In this document: positions 38,450-46,657 of the stretch, in pieces | How the letters are laid out: each line of letters starts with the position of its first letter | How positions within the stretch are numbered: the first letter of the stretch is position 1 | Source: Candidatus Collierbacteria bacterium RIFOXYD2_FULL_45_13 | Lineage (GTDB): Bacteria; Patescibacteriota; Microgenomatia; UBA1400; MFAQ01 | DNA: 64,000 bases | Direction of reading: 5' to 3' | Assembly (NCBI GenBank): GCA_001774685.1 | Contig: MFAS01000001.1 | Location: forward strand, 351,557 to 415,556 | The notes under the pieces: model-generated | Seen by the model: the letters and a program-made list of their open reading frames with translations, nothing else | What the model was told of the DNA's origin: nothing | Database searches by the model: none | Made by a program: the position numbers and the translations under genes

Positions 38450-38587
38450 TTAACTTAATAATCGGACCACAAATACTATCACCGCCACCACCAGCAACAG
38501 ATGAATCAGTCCTCCACCCAACCTCAACGAAAACCCACCCAACCAAGAGATAATCAGGATCAAAATAATAATATCCAAAATACTCAT
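38450..38587 (-). CDS. lmo0937-family small membrane protein (45 aa)
   Basis: My minus-strand translation gives MSILDIIILILIISWLGGFSLRLGGGLIHLLLVVAVIVFVVRLLS*, which matches the GGGLIHLLLV motif of this family. Confidence 0.5.
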   Translation of the reverse strand: MSILDIIILILIISWLGGFSLRLGGGLIHLLLVVAVIVFVVRLLS

Positions 38588-38723
38588 AAATCCATTCCTT
38601 TCATATTATTAATTTGTAAACAAACTTACAATTTAAGTATAGCAAAAAATATTATTCCATATACCCCGTGTGAGACACCATACCCCTTCGAATCTTTATA
38701 GTAGATTATTTCCAAATTAGTTA

Positions 38724-39149
38724 TTGATATATACTTTATATCAAGAGATTATGAACAACTCCTACACTTGGTACTCAACACTTATCAAACCTGCCTGGTC
38801 GCCTCCAGGTTGGCTTTTTGGTCCGGTGTGGACTTGTCTTTATATTTTGATCGCTATTTCTTTTGGGAAAGTGTTCTTGATGGGTTGGAAAAAAGAAATT
38901 GCTTTTATTGTTGTTCTACCTTTTATCCTCAATCTTGTTTTTAACCTTGCCTTTACTCCCTTGCAGTTTGGATTAAAGAATAATTTGTTTGCCGCTATCG
39001 ACATTCTTCTTGTCTTGGTCACTCTGGTCTGGTCCCTGGTTGCCATATATCCTCATGCCAAGTGGGTTACCTATATCCAAACTCCATACCTGCTGTGGGT
39101 ATCATTCGCCACAATTTTGCAGTTAACCATTACCTATTTAAATAAATAA
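38724..39149 (+). CDS. tspO: TspO/MBR tryptophan-rich sensory protein
   Basis: PPGWLFGPVWTCLY motif; 5 TM helices; the start may be the ATG at 38751. Confidence 0.7.
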   Translation: MIYTLYQEIMNNSYTWYSTLIKPAWSPPGWLFGPVWTCLYILIAISFGKVFLMGWKKEIAFIVVLPFILNLVFNLAFTPLQFGLKNNLFAAIDILLVLVTLVWSLVAIYPHAKWVTYIQTPYLLWVSFATILQLTITYLNK

Positions 39150-39150
39150 G

Positions 39151-39550
39151 GTGTTCGTCAAGCTCTATCTTATTGCCCTTCCTGTATTTTTGGCAATCGA
39201 TATGATTTGGCTGACTTTAGTTGCCAAGAATTTTTATGCCAAGCAGATCGGATTTTTAATGACAAAGAATCCAAATCTCTTGGCCGCCCTGATTTTTTTA
39301 TCTTATTTTTATTGCCGGATTGATCTTTTTTGTAATCACTCCTGCACTTGATAAAAAGATATGGACTCAAGCACTTCTGGCTGGGGCATTTTTCGGTCTC
39401 GTGACTTACGCCACATATGATCTCACAAATTTGGCCACTGTCAAAGACTGGCCGCTTCTGGTTACCATCATCGACCTTCTCTGGGGTATGACTCTCTCCG
39501 CCACCGTTTCCGCCATCACCTACTTTATCGCCACCAAAATTGGCATCTGA
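39151..39550 (+). pseudogene. DUF2177-family membrane protein interrupted by a +1 frameshift in a T7 homopolymer (~39300-39312)
   Basis: Two adjacent ORFs (39151..39351 and 39320..39550) each match half of DUF2177. Removing one T from the run restores LIFYLIFIAGLIFFVITPAL. Confidence 0.5.
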
Positions 39551-39584
39551 CCTTTTATCCAAAAACGGGCAGGGAATCCTTTTC

Positions 39585-39976
39585 TGTTGTCTGTTATAAC
39601 GAAATTCGAACTTATTTTCGGGACCATTACTAATCTATTGGCTCACCGATCAACACTTCATGTCTCGCGGTTCGCCACCGCCAGCCCTGCCGGTCCGCCT
39701 TTGGCGGAGGCGGAAACCCTTGCGCGCGATTAATAATGTATCCCGACTGCGGTCGGGATAATTGCTCTTTCGAGCAAGCGCCAGCTATCACTGTCGCATC
39801 TTTATGTTCGCCACAACTTCACATCCAGTGATTGTGGCGAAACTGTTCTCAATATATGGCTCGAATTTCAAACTCGCCATAAAATATCAGCTAGTTAGGA
39901 AAAGATTTTACTATCTGATATTCCAGAATTGAGACAGCATTTGGCCTTCAGGCCAAAGTGCCTGCTCCGCAGGCAC
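39585..39976 (+). repeat. repeat family copy 1 (~392 nt, non-coding, several hairpins)
   Basis: Near-identical to 45747..46204 and partly to 50857..50959 (inverted); no ORF. Confidence 0.6.
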
Positions 39977-40027
39977 AATAACTATTTCTGGTTGCTATGA
40001 TACACAGAAAGACATAAAATACAAACA

Positions 40028-40555
40028 ATGGAACAAATAATTTTAGCGAGACACTGTCAGACAGATCTATTAGCCTCTGGTGATAGTAGTACAAGAAGAA
40101 ACGATTCTCCTTTATCAGAGTTGGGATTGAAGCAAGCAGCTCAAGTCAGTAAGTTTGTAAACAAATTCGAATATGATGCAGTTTTTTCAAGTTTGTTTAT
40201 TCGAACGATAAAAACAGCAGAAATAATAAACGAGAACAAAAAACCTCAATTCGCCAATATTAATTTGAGTGAGTATTTTGCCGGTGACGACGGAAAAGGA
40301 AGAGAATCAACAACTATGGGAATAGCTAGAACGATGTCTTTTATTTACCCCATGTTTGATCTATACAAATCAATTGTAATTGTCGGTCACAACGCCATAA
40401 ACTCCACAATTCTTAGGTCTTTTCTTAATATGGAATTTGAGGAGGCTGAAGGCTATTTCAAATCAGTCGGTCAAGTACTGGTACTTAGACGAGATTGGCA
40501 AAAAGGAGATAAGGTTTGGCACATAGAGGACAAATTTACCCCTGACCAAGAATAA
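40028..40555 (+). CDS. histidine phosphatase (phosphoglycerate-mutase-like) family protein
   Basis: N-terminal LARHCQT (RHG) catalytic motif. Confidence 0.55.
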   Translation: MEQIILARHCQTDLLASGDSSTRRNDSPLSELGLKQAAQVSKFVNKFEYDAVFSSLFIRTIKTAEIINENKKPQFANINLSEYFAGDDGKGRESTTMGIARTMSFIYPMFDLYKSIVIVGHNAINSTILRSFLNMEFEEAEGYFKSVGQVLVLRRDWQKGDKVWHIEDKFTPDQE

Positions 40556-40556
40556 T

Positions 40557-41663
40557 TTATTTAATTGTTGAGTTTAATAGAGAGATCACCTCTTTGGCGT
40601 GAGTCTCTATAGAGAATTTATCTCTTCGCTTCTCTGATTCCAGTTCATATATTCTTCTTATCTTAGGGTCGAGTAATTTATCTATGGCCTCCGCAAATAA
40701 TTTTGTATCACCAGTTAGAGTAATAATTCCACCACTTCCTATGTATTCTGGCACCGAAGCTTCATTAAGCCCCAAACAAGCCTTGCCTTCATAAATAAAG
40801 TTTGGAATTGTTCCAGAACCCTGAAATATTTCATCTCCATCTGGTTGTCTATACGGGAATATTCCAAATGCGCTATATGAAGAAAGATATTTATATTCTT
40901 TTGAATTTAAGTATTTATCTACTACATAAATTTCAGCCTTTCCAATTATTTTTTTATCAAAGCCTAACTTTTTATACCAACCTCTTCCCGCAATAACCAA
41001 TCTCATCTTTTTATTTACATAAGTTAGTGAATTTACTAGGAATTCATGATCTTTGTAATTAGCAGGGAATCCAGGCAAATACACTGTTGGTACGCTTTCA
41101 GAATGGTTAAATGTATTTTTGAATTCTCGGATTTCGCTTTCTGATAATATTTCATGAGAATGGGTTTCGGGAAGAAAAGAAACCACCCCCGATAAAGAAT
41201 TACCGGATTGTTTTTCCATATACTTTCTAGCAAATGTTCCAAAAAATAAGTAGGACTTGAAAAATTCACATACTGCCTTTTCCACTTCTTTCTGAGTTTT
41301 ATCATCTTTGAGATATTGAGAAAATAAGTTCCTGCTTAGAAAATGGGTAAAATATATTGGATTATTTATTTTCTTTCCGATATTTGATAACACAACAGGT
41401 AGGTACTGTTCAATATCATTCTTTCCATAATGAAAAATAACTGAGTCATATTTATCAAAATCAATTCTTGAGGCGATTTTAGAAACGATCTCTTTGACTC
41501 TATCTGATGAAAGCCACTCCCTCTTTGCTACATCAAAAGCCGACTCTTCTTTTGTCGATCCATCAATATCAACTAAAATATTATGTTCGCGCAGTATCTC
41601 AGATAGTCTATTTACATAAACATCAATGCCACCGCTCGATGGGGAAATCATTAATATTTTCAT
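40557..41663 (-). CDS. putative glycosyltransferase (GT-B, GT4-like)
   Basis: KILMISPSSGG N-terminus; C-terminal EASVPEYIGSGGIITL motif; position inside a GT cluster. Confidence 0.4.
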   Translation of the reverse strand: MKILMISPSSGGIDVYVNRLSEILREHNILVDIDGSTKEESAFDVAKREWLSSDRVKEIVSKIASRIDFDKYDSVIFHYGKNDIEQYLPVVLSNIGKKINNPIYFTHFLSRNLFSQYLKDDKTQKEVEKAVCEFFKSYLFFGTFARKYMEKQSGNSLSGVVSFLPETHSHEILSESEIREFKNTFNHSESVPTVYLPGFPANYKDHEFLVNSLTYVNKKMRLVIAGRGWYKKLGFDKKIIGKAEIYVVDKYLNSKEYKYLSSYSAFGIFPYRQPDGDEIFQGSGTIPNFIYEGKACLGLNEASVPEYIGSGGIITLTGDTKLFAEAIDKLLDPKIRRIYELESEKRRDKFSIETHAKEVISLLNSTIK

Positions 41664-42739
41664 TTTAGAAGTTCTTCATATACCTTTAAGCTTTCATCAA
41701 TCATATGCTCCCTATGAAATTCCGCATTGAGCCTATCATAATTCACTTTATATTTAGACAATTCCTTTATTTTCCTTAGGATGTTTTCAACATTACTTGG
41801 GTCTACATACTCAATCGCTTCATTTGGTTGAAACTCTTTATATACCTGACAATCTTCGTTTACTAACGCAGGCAAGCCAAGTGCTAGTGCTTCAGCTAAT
41901 GCTAATCCAAAACCCTCGACTCTAGAGGTTGACAAAAAGACATCGCAGTTCTTCCAGATATTAACTTGATCTTGTCTCGCTAGGTTGTTAAGGATTACGA
42001 CATTTTCTTTTTTTAGATCATCTCGCAATACCTCTTCAATTGAATTTCCAATATTCAGAATCCAATTTATATCATTTGGAGATTCAGCAATTAGTACCTT
42101 TAATAGGTCAAAGCCCTTCATTAGGGTAGTTTTTCCACACCAAAAAACATTGATTTTGTCTCGAGCAATACATTCAGGTATGCGTACTGATTCTGGAATA
42201 ATTAAAGTATTCGTATCAATGCTGTTGTGGATTACACGGACGTCCTTGAGGCCGTATTTTTTCATAATATCTTTTTTGGCAAACTCACTAACGGCTAAAA
42301 CCATATCGGCATTTAGACACAGTTCTTTTTCCAGTTGAGCCAAATTATCCAAGTCGATCCCGAAAAGGGTTGTGGCGCTCGGATCAGATCTCACCACCAC
42401 CCTTGCGAACCTACTTTGGCGTTTTGAGTAGTCTAGTAGTTCAAATTTCCAGTTAGAGCACTCTACAATGTCAGGTTTGAACTTCTCAACCACCTCCGAA
42501 ACCATTTCTGAATACAAAATAGGGTCTTTGGTAGTTGGAAGGGTAACTATGTTGATCCCAGGCATGGAAAACTCCCTCTGGGTAATACAGCTTACTCTCC
42601 ACCCGCTACTCGTCAAACCAGCCATAATAGCCTTGAAAAGCACGCAAACTCCTCCTCGGTCAATGTCCCCAATGTCCTTGTGTACGAAGCAAATTGATTT
42701 CATATGGTTTAGTAGTATAATTATATAGGATGAAAACAA
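41660..42739 (-). CDS. glycosyltransferase family 4
   Basis: EGFGLALAEALALGLPAL motif. Confidence 0.75.
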   Translation of the reverse strand: MFSSYIIILLNHMKSICFVHKDIGDIDRGGVCVLFKAIMAGLTSSGWRVSCITQREFSMPGINIVTLPTTKDPILYSEMVSEVVEKFKPDIVECSNWKFELLDYSKRQSRFARVVVRSDPSATTLFGIDLDNLAQLEKELCLNADMVLAVSEFAKKDIMKKYGLKDVRVIHNSIDTNTLIIPESVRIPECIARDKINVFWCGKTTLMKGFDLLKVLIAESPNDINWILNIGNSIEEVLRDDLKKENVVILNNLARQDQVNIWKNCDVFLSTSRVEGFGLALAEALALGLPALVNEDCQVYKEFQPNEAIEYVDPSNVENILRKIKELSKYKVNYDRLNAEFHREHMIDESLKVYEELLK

Positions 42740-43779
42740 AGCTGTCCATGCCTGAATTCACGTTTCTTCTTATCAGTAGAAACGCCTCAAATACTATTCT
42801 AAAGACTATCCAGTCAATTAGAAAGCTGTCTCGTGGCAAGAATATCGAAATTATACTGGTGGATGATCATTCGGAGGATGCCACTGTTTCTATGGCCAAA
42901 CCACTCTGCGACAAGGTTTTGGTAAACAAAGCTAGAATGGGGATTGGCTTTTCTAGGCAAAAAGGGTTAGCCTTGGCATCAGCCAATAGAGTGTTTATCA
43001 TCGATTCCGACATTGAAATAACATCAATAAATTTTAAGAAACTGGATCAGTTATTTTCTGAAGGCATTGTGGCTATTTCAGGTAGTTATAATTCCAACGA
43101 CAATCAGTCAAACTGGAATAAAGCTCTTGATCTGAGAAGAAAATATATTTATTTCAAGGATAAGAGGGTGTCCATAGCGGACAAGAGCCGATATGTAACT
43201 TTTTCAGGAGGATTTTGTGTCATTGATATAGAGAAGATTGGTGGAATAAAATATTTTGGAAAGAAAGACACTTCGGCAGAAGATGTTTTATTTCAGCTAA
43301 AGCTATTACATCGTGGCCTAAAGACTGCTTATTCACCGGCATTGGTGGGTATTCACCACCACCATCGAAACACCAGAAGTTTTTTCCAAAAAGTTATGGC
43401 CGATTCCGTCGCCTATCCATGGTTGATGTCCTTATGTCTAAAAAATAAAATAAGTATGCCAGTTTTGGAACAAGCCTTCAATTTTCCAATTTTTCTGATC
43501 ACCTCATTTTTTATACCTAATCTTCAAATAAAATTACTATTGCTAATACTAGAGTTTTTCCCACAGATATACATATTATTCACAGAAAGATTCAGTCCTA
43601 ATTCCATAAGATTGCTTATTTATGCCATTGCTCAATCTTTAATAAAGGTATTAGCCTGCGCTAAAGATTTAATTTTTGGTAAATATAGTTCGTCAGACAG
43701 GATTCTATATATAAAAAATCTATTAACCTCTGATTTTATTTCAAAAACTAACTGGTTTAAGCAGACATTTATCCAATAA
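42730..43779 (+). CDS. glycosyltransferase family 2 with C-terminal TM region
   Basis: FLLISRNASNTILKTIQS...ILVDDHSED GT2 motifs. Confidence 0.7.
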   Translation: MKTKLSMPEFTFLLISRNASNTILKTIQSIRKLSRGKNIEIILVDDHSEDATVSMAKPLCDKVLVNKARMGIGFSRQKGLALASANRVFIIDSDIEITSINFKKLDQLFSEGIVAISGSYNSNDNQSNWNKALDLRRKYIYFKDKRVSIADKSRYVTFSGGFCVIDIEKIGGIKYFGKKDTSAEDVLFQLKLLHRGLKTAYSPALVGIHHHHRNTRSFFQKVMADSVAYPWLMSLCLKNKISMPVLEQAFNFPIFLITSFFIPNLQIKLLLLILEFFPQIYILFTERFSPNSIRLLIYAIAQSLIKVLACAKDLIFGKYSSSDRILYIKNLLTSDFISKTNWFKQTFIQ

Positions 43780-43785
43780 AAAAAT

Positions 43786-44913
43786 ATGGAATTTGAAGTA
43801 AACAAGGAAATAAACCAGTGTAACCCGTACGAAAGATCTGTGGGCGGGTCATTGTTTCGAATCTATGCCACCGAAGCGCAGATTAAATACGTAGACAGAG
43901 TCTTAGAAGGTTCGATAGATGAGTTCAGGGACAGTACCCAAGAGGCTATTGAAGTCGTTTGTACAGACAACACTGAGCTTTCAGAAGATATATTAAGCAA
44001 ATCATCTCTACAAGAAAACTCATCAGCTCTAATCGCCGGAGAGATTGAAGGTGGTAAATTTGTCAGTCTAAAAGGTGTATTCATGGATATTCTAATGTCA
44101 AAAACCGACAATACCCCGTTAACTCATATTTCAATAAGCCAAAATCCTGAATACGGAGCAATTACCTTTATTAAGTCGTATTTGTTAAATAAATATGTAA
44201 ACCAGCAGGAGGCTCTGGTGTTTCACGCAGGGTCGATGACATCATTAGACAATTCATCAAGCTTCGTAATATCTGCCTTAAGTCATCACATTAACAACGG
44301 TGATAACTCAGGAAAAACAACCGCCATATTAGCAAGTTGTGCTAGAGAAAACGCCAACTTCGCATATTCGTCAAACGATGAAGTTATTTTATCTATTTTA
44401 GATAACGCCACTGAGGTTAAAGCGCTTCCGTTTCCAAGTCAGATCACGATAAGGGGAAAATCATTAGAAACGTTAAAGACTGATGGAGTAAATTTCAATC
44501 TCGAAGATTGGAATGGTGTTGATAGTATTACTGGTCAATCTGTAAGTGTGGTCACTCCAAGAGGGGTGATTGAAGCGGGATATCAGGTCTTACCCGTGAA
44601 TCCATCCAGATTAGATTGGTGCTTCATAGAAATTGACCCAAACTTGGCTGATTATTCTTGTGTAGAAGCAGATCCGCAAGCATCAAGACAGCTTTTTTGG
44701 GGTGCAGTTTCAAAAAGAAGAATGAATCAAGCCTTAAACCCATTGTTTTTAGGAGAAACAAGTAACACCCAAGCTTATGATCCAATTACATGTCAGCCAA
44801 AGGTGGATGAAATATTCAATCGTTTGGTCTTATCCGGTACAAAATTTTACATTCTTCGAGGAGGAGCAGACAGGGATAAATTAAACGCAATCTTTACTAA
44901 GTTAAAGCGATAA
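43786..44913 (+). CDS. hypothetical protein with P-loop-like GDNSGKTT (HPr-kinase-C-like?)
   Basis: FHAGSMTS...GDNSGKTTAILA; no firm family. Confidence 0.3.
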   Translation: MEFEVNKEINQCNPYERSVGGSLFRIYATEAQIKYVDRVLEGSIDEFRDSTQEAIEVVCTDNTELSEDILSKSSLQENSSALIAGEIEGGKFVSLKGVFMDILMSKTDNTPLTHISISQNPEYGAITFIKSYLLNKYVNQQEALVFHAGSMTSLDNSSSFVISALSHHINNGDNSGKTTAILASCARENANFAYSSNDEVILSILDNATEVKALPFPSQITIRGKSLETLKTDGVNFNLEDWNGVDSITGQSVSVVTPRGVIEAGYQVLPVNPSRLDWCFIEIDPNLADYSCVEADPQASRQLFWGAVSKRRMNQALNPLFLGETSNTQAYDPITCQPKVDEIFNRLVLSGTKFYILRGGADRDKLNAIFTKLKR

Positions 44914-44916
44914 AAG

Positions 44917-45708
44917 ATGAAATACAAAGCTTTATTGCTCGATATTGATGGCGTCTTGCTTAACAAGGAGGATGATACGGATCAGAAAACTTGGGAAGCA
45001 ATAAATGATCTCATCGCCCGTGGTATTCAGGTATCCTTTGTAACTTCGCGCCCATACGGACTAGCGTCACATCTTGTCAAAAAGATATCTGACCACGGTA
45101 TCCATGTATTTGAAAATGGAAACTTTATTTATGAACCAAAAGACAAAAAGGTTCATAAAGCTGAGTACTTAGAAACACAGCTCTCCGGAGAAGTTATTCA
45201 GATGGTAAAACCTCATGAAGGAAATATAAAAATAGGGTACTCGTTGGGAGACAAGTTTATGGTTAATGAAAACTACTTCGATAATTTGAAGTCATATATG
45301 CCGGTAAACGACTACTCAAAAATAGATGAATATTGTGAATATAACTACGTTTCAATTTGGCTCAAAGATATTCCAAGTTATTTCGGCAAAAAAATTATTG
45401 AGATTGTAAAAAACAATGCCCGTATTAATATCTATCATCAAAACGAACTTCTTGATTCGGTATTTATCCACCCAGAATCAGGCAATAAATTGGAGGGGGT
45501 AAAAGAGTTATCAAAATTAACGGGAAGATCTCTAGAGTCCTCGGTCTTTATCGGAAATGATTCGGATGATATCTGCTTGGCTCGTGAGGTCGGACTTTCG
45601 GCGACTCCAGCAAATGGCATTGATGAACTCAAGAAAGTTTCAGTTATTGTCTCAAGCTATGAGTATTCACTTTCAATAAGCGATATCATACAAAAAGTGT
45701 GGGGATAA
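44917..45708 (+). CDS. HAD-superfamily hydrolase, subfamily IIB (Cof-like sugar phosphatase)
   Basis: LLDIDGVLL (DxD) motif I; GNDSDD motif IV. Confidence 0.7.
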   Translation: MKYKALLLDIDGVLLNKEDDTDQKTWEAINDLIARGIQVSFVTSRPYGLASHLVKKISDHGIHVFENGNFIYEPKDKKVHKAEYLETQLSGEVIQMVKPHEGNIKIGYSLGDKFMVNENYFDNLKSYMPVNDYSKIDEYCEYNYVSIWLKDIPSYFGKKIIEIVKNNARINIYHQNELLDSVFIHPESGNKLEGVKELSKLTGRSLESSVFIGNDSDDICLAREVGLSATPANGIDELKKVSVIVSSYEYSLSISDIIQKVWG

Positions 45709-45746
45709 ACTATCCGCGCGGGCGACATATCCGACTGATGCCGGAA

Positions 45747-46204
45747 AATCTCAATCTGTTGTCTGTTATAACGAAATTCGAACTTATTTTCGGGACCATT
45801 ACTAATCTATTGGCTCACCGATCAACACTTCGTGTCTCGCGGTTCGCCACCGCCTGCCCTGCCGGTCCGCCTTTGGCGGAGGCGGAACCACTTGCGCGCG
45901 ATTAATAATGTATCCCGACCTCATCATCATTGCGAGGTTCGGTGCTCCGAGCCGTGGCAATCTCACACCATTCTGATTCGGTCGTGATGGTTGCTCTTGC
46001 GAGCAAGCGCCAGCGTTCGCTGTCGCATCTTTATGTTCGTCCCAACTTCGCATTCAGCGATTGGGACGAAACAGTCTCAATATATGCTCAAATTAGCAAT
46101 TTCGCCATAAAATATCAGCTAGTTAGGAGAATATTTTACTAGCTGATATTTAGGACTTGAGACAGCATTTGGCCTGTCGGCCAAAGTGCCTGCTTCGCAG
46201 GCAC
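45747..46204 (+). repeat. repeat family copy 2 (~458 nt; ~60-nt insertion relative to copy 1)
   Basis: Alignment to copy 1 by eye, with compensatory substitutions in two stems. Confidence 0.6.
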
Positions 46205-46220
46205 AAAATATTTTGAGTAA

Positions 46221-46250
46221 TTGACAGTAATGTATACGTTGTCATACAAT
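46221..46250 (+). promoter_or_regulatory. sigma70-like promoter TTGACA-N18-TACAAT overlapping direct ATGTATAC repeats (probable RHH operator); near-leaderless start at 46259
   Basis: ttgacagtaatgtatacgttgtcatacaatgtatacatATG. Confidence 0.4.
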
Positions 46251-46258
46251 GTATACAT

Positions 46259-46657
46259 ATGACAACCAACAAAGTTCTCAACGCCAGAGTTTCAGACAAG
46301 CTATACGAAAAAATATCTGATAAAGCTAAGAAAAATAGAACTACTGTTTCTAACTTAATCAGAAACTTAGTCGAAGATGCATTGGAGATCCACGAAGATT
46401 TTCATGAAGCCGTAGACAAGAAAATCAGGAAATATCTTTCAGAAACTGAAAAACAAGACATTTTGGGATACCAGGAGATGGTACTTGTTAAAGATACTGA
46501 ATGCGACAACTGTGGTATGTTACTCAAAGTATCAGAAACAGCATATTTTGCCTTTTTCGAAGACAGGGATGTTAAGGCTATTCTCTGTGCCACCTGTAAA
46601 AACGAAAGTTTACAACCGGAGAAAACAAAAGCGCATGAGAATACTTCAAATAAGTAA
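46259..46657 (+). CDS. ribbon-helix-helix (CopG/Arc-like) DNA-binding protein with C-terminal CxxC...CxxC zinc ribbon
   Basis: N-terminal VSDKLYEKISDKAKKNRTTVSNLIRNLVEDAL RHH pattern. Confidence 0.45.
   Translation: MTTNKVLNARVSDKLYEKISDKAKKNRTTVSNLIRNLVEDALEIHEDFHEAVDKKIRKYLSETEKQDILGYQEMVLVKDTECDNCGMLLKVSETAYFAFFEDRDVKAILCATCKNESLQPEKTKAHENTSNK

Noticed and set aside
38501-38701. 66-aa plus-strand ORF
   Set aside because: Overlaps the better-supported 45-aa lmo0937-family gene on the minus strand; the plus ORF is low-complexity Q/N-rich.
39585-39976. Repeat element considered as a coding region
   Set aside because: No ORF is conserved between copies 1 and 2. Indels of non-multiple-of-3 length and compensatory stem changes point to RNA or DNA structure rather than protein.
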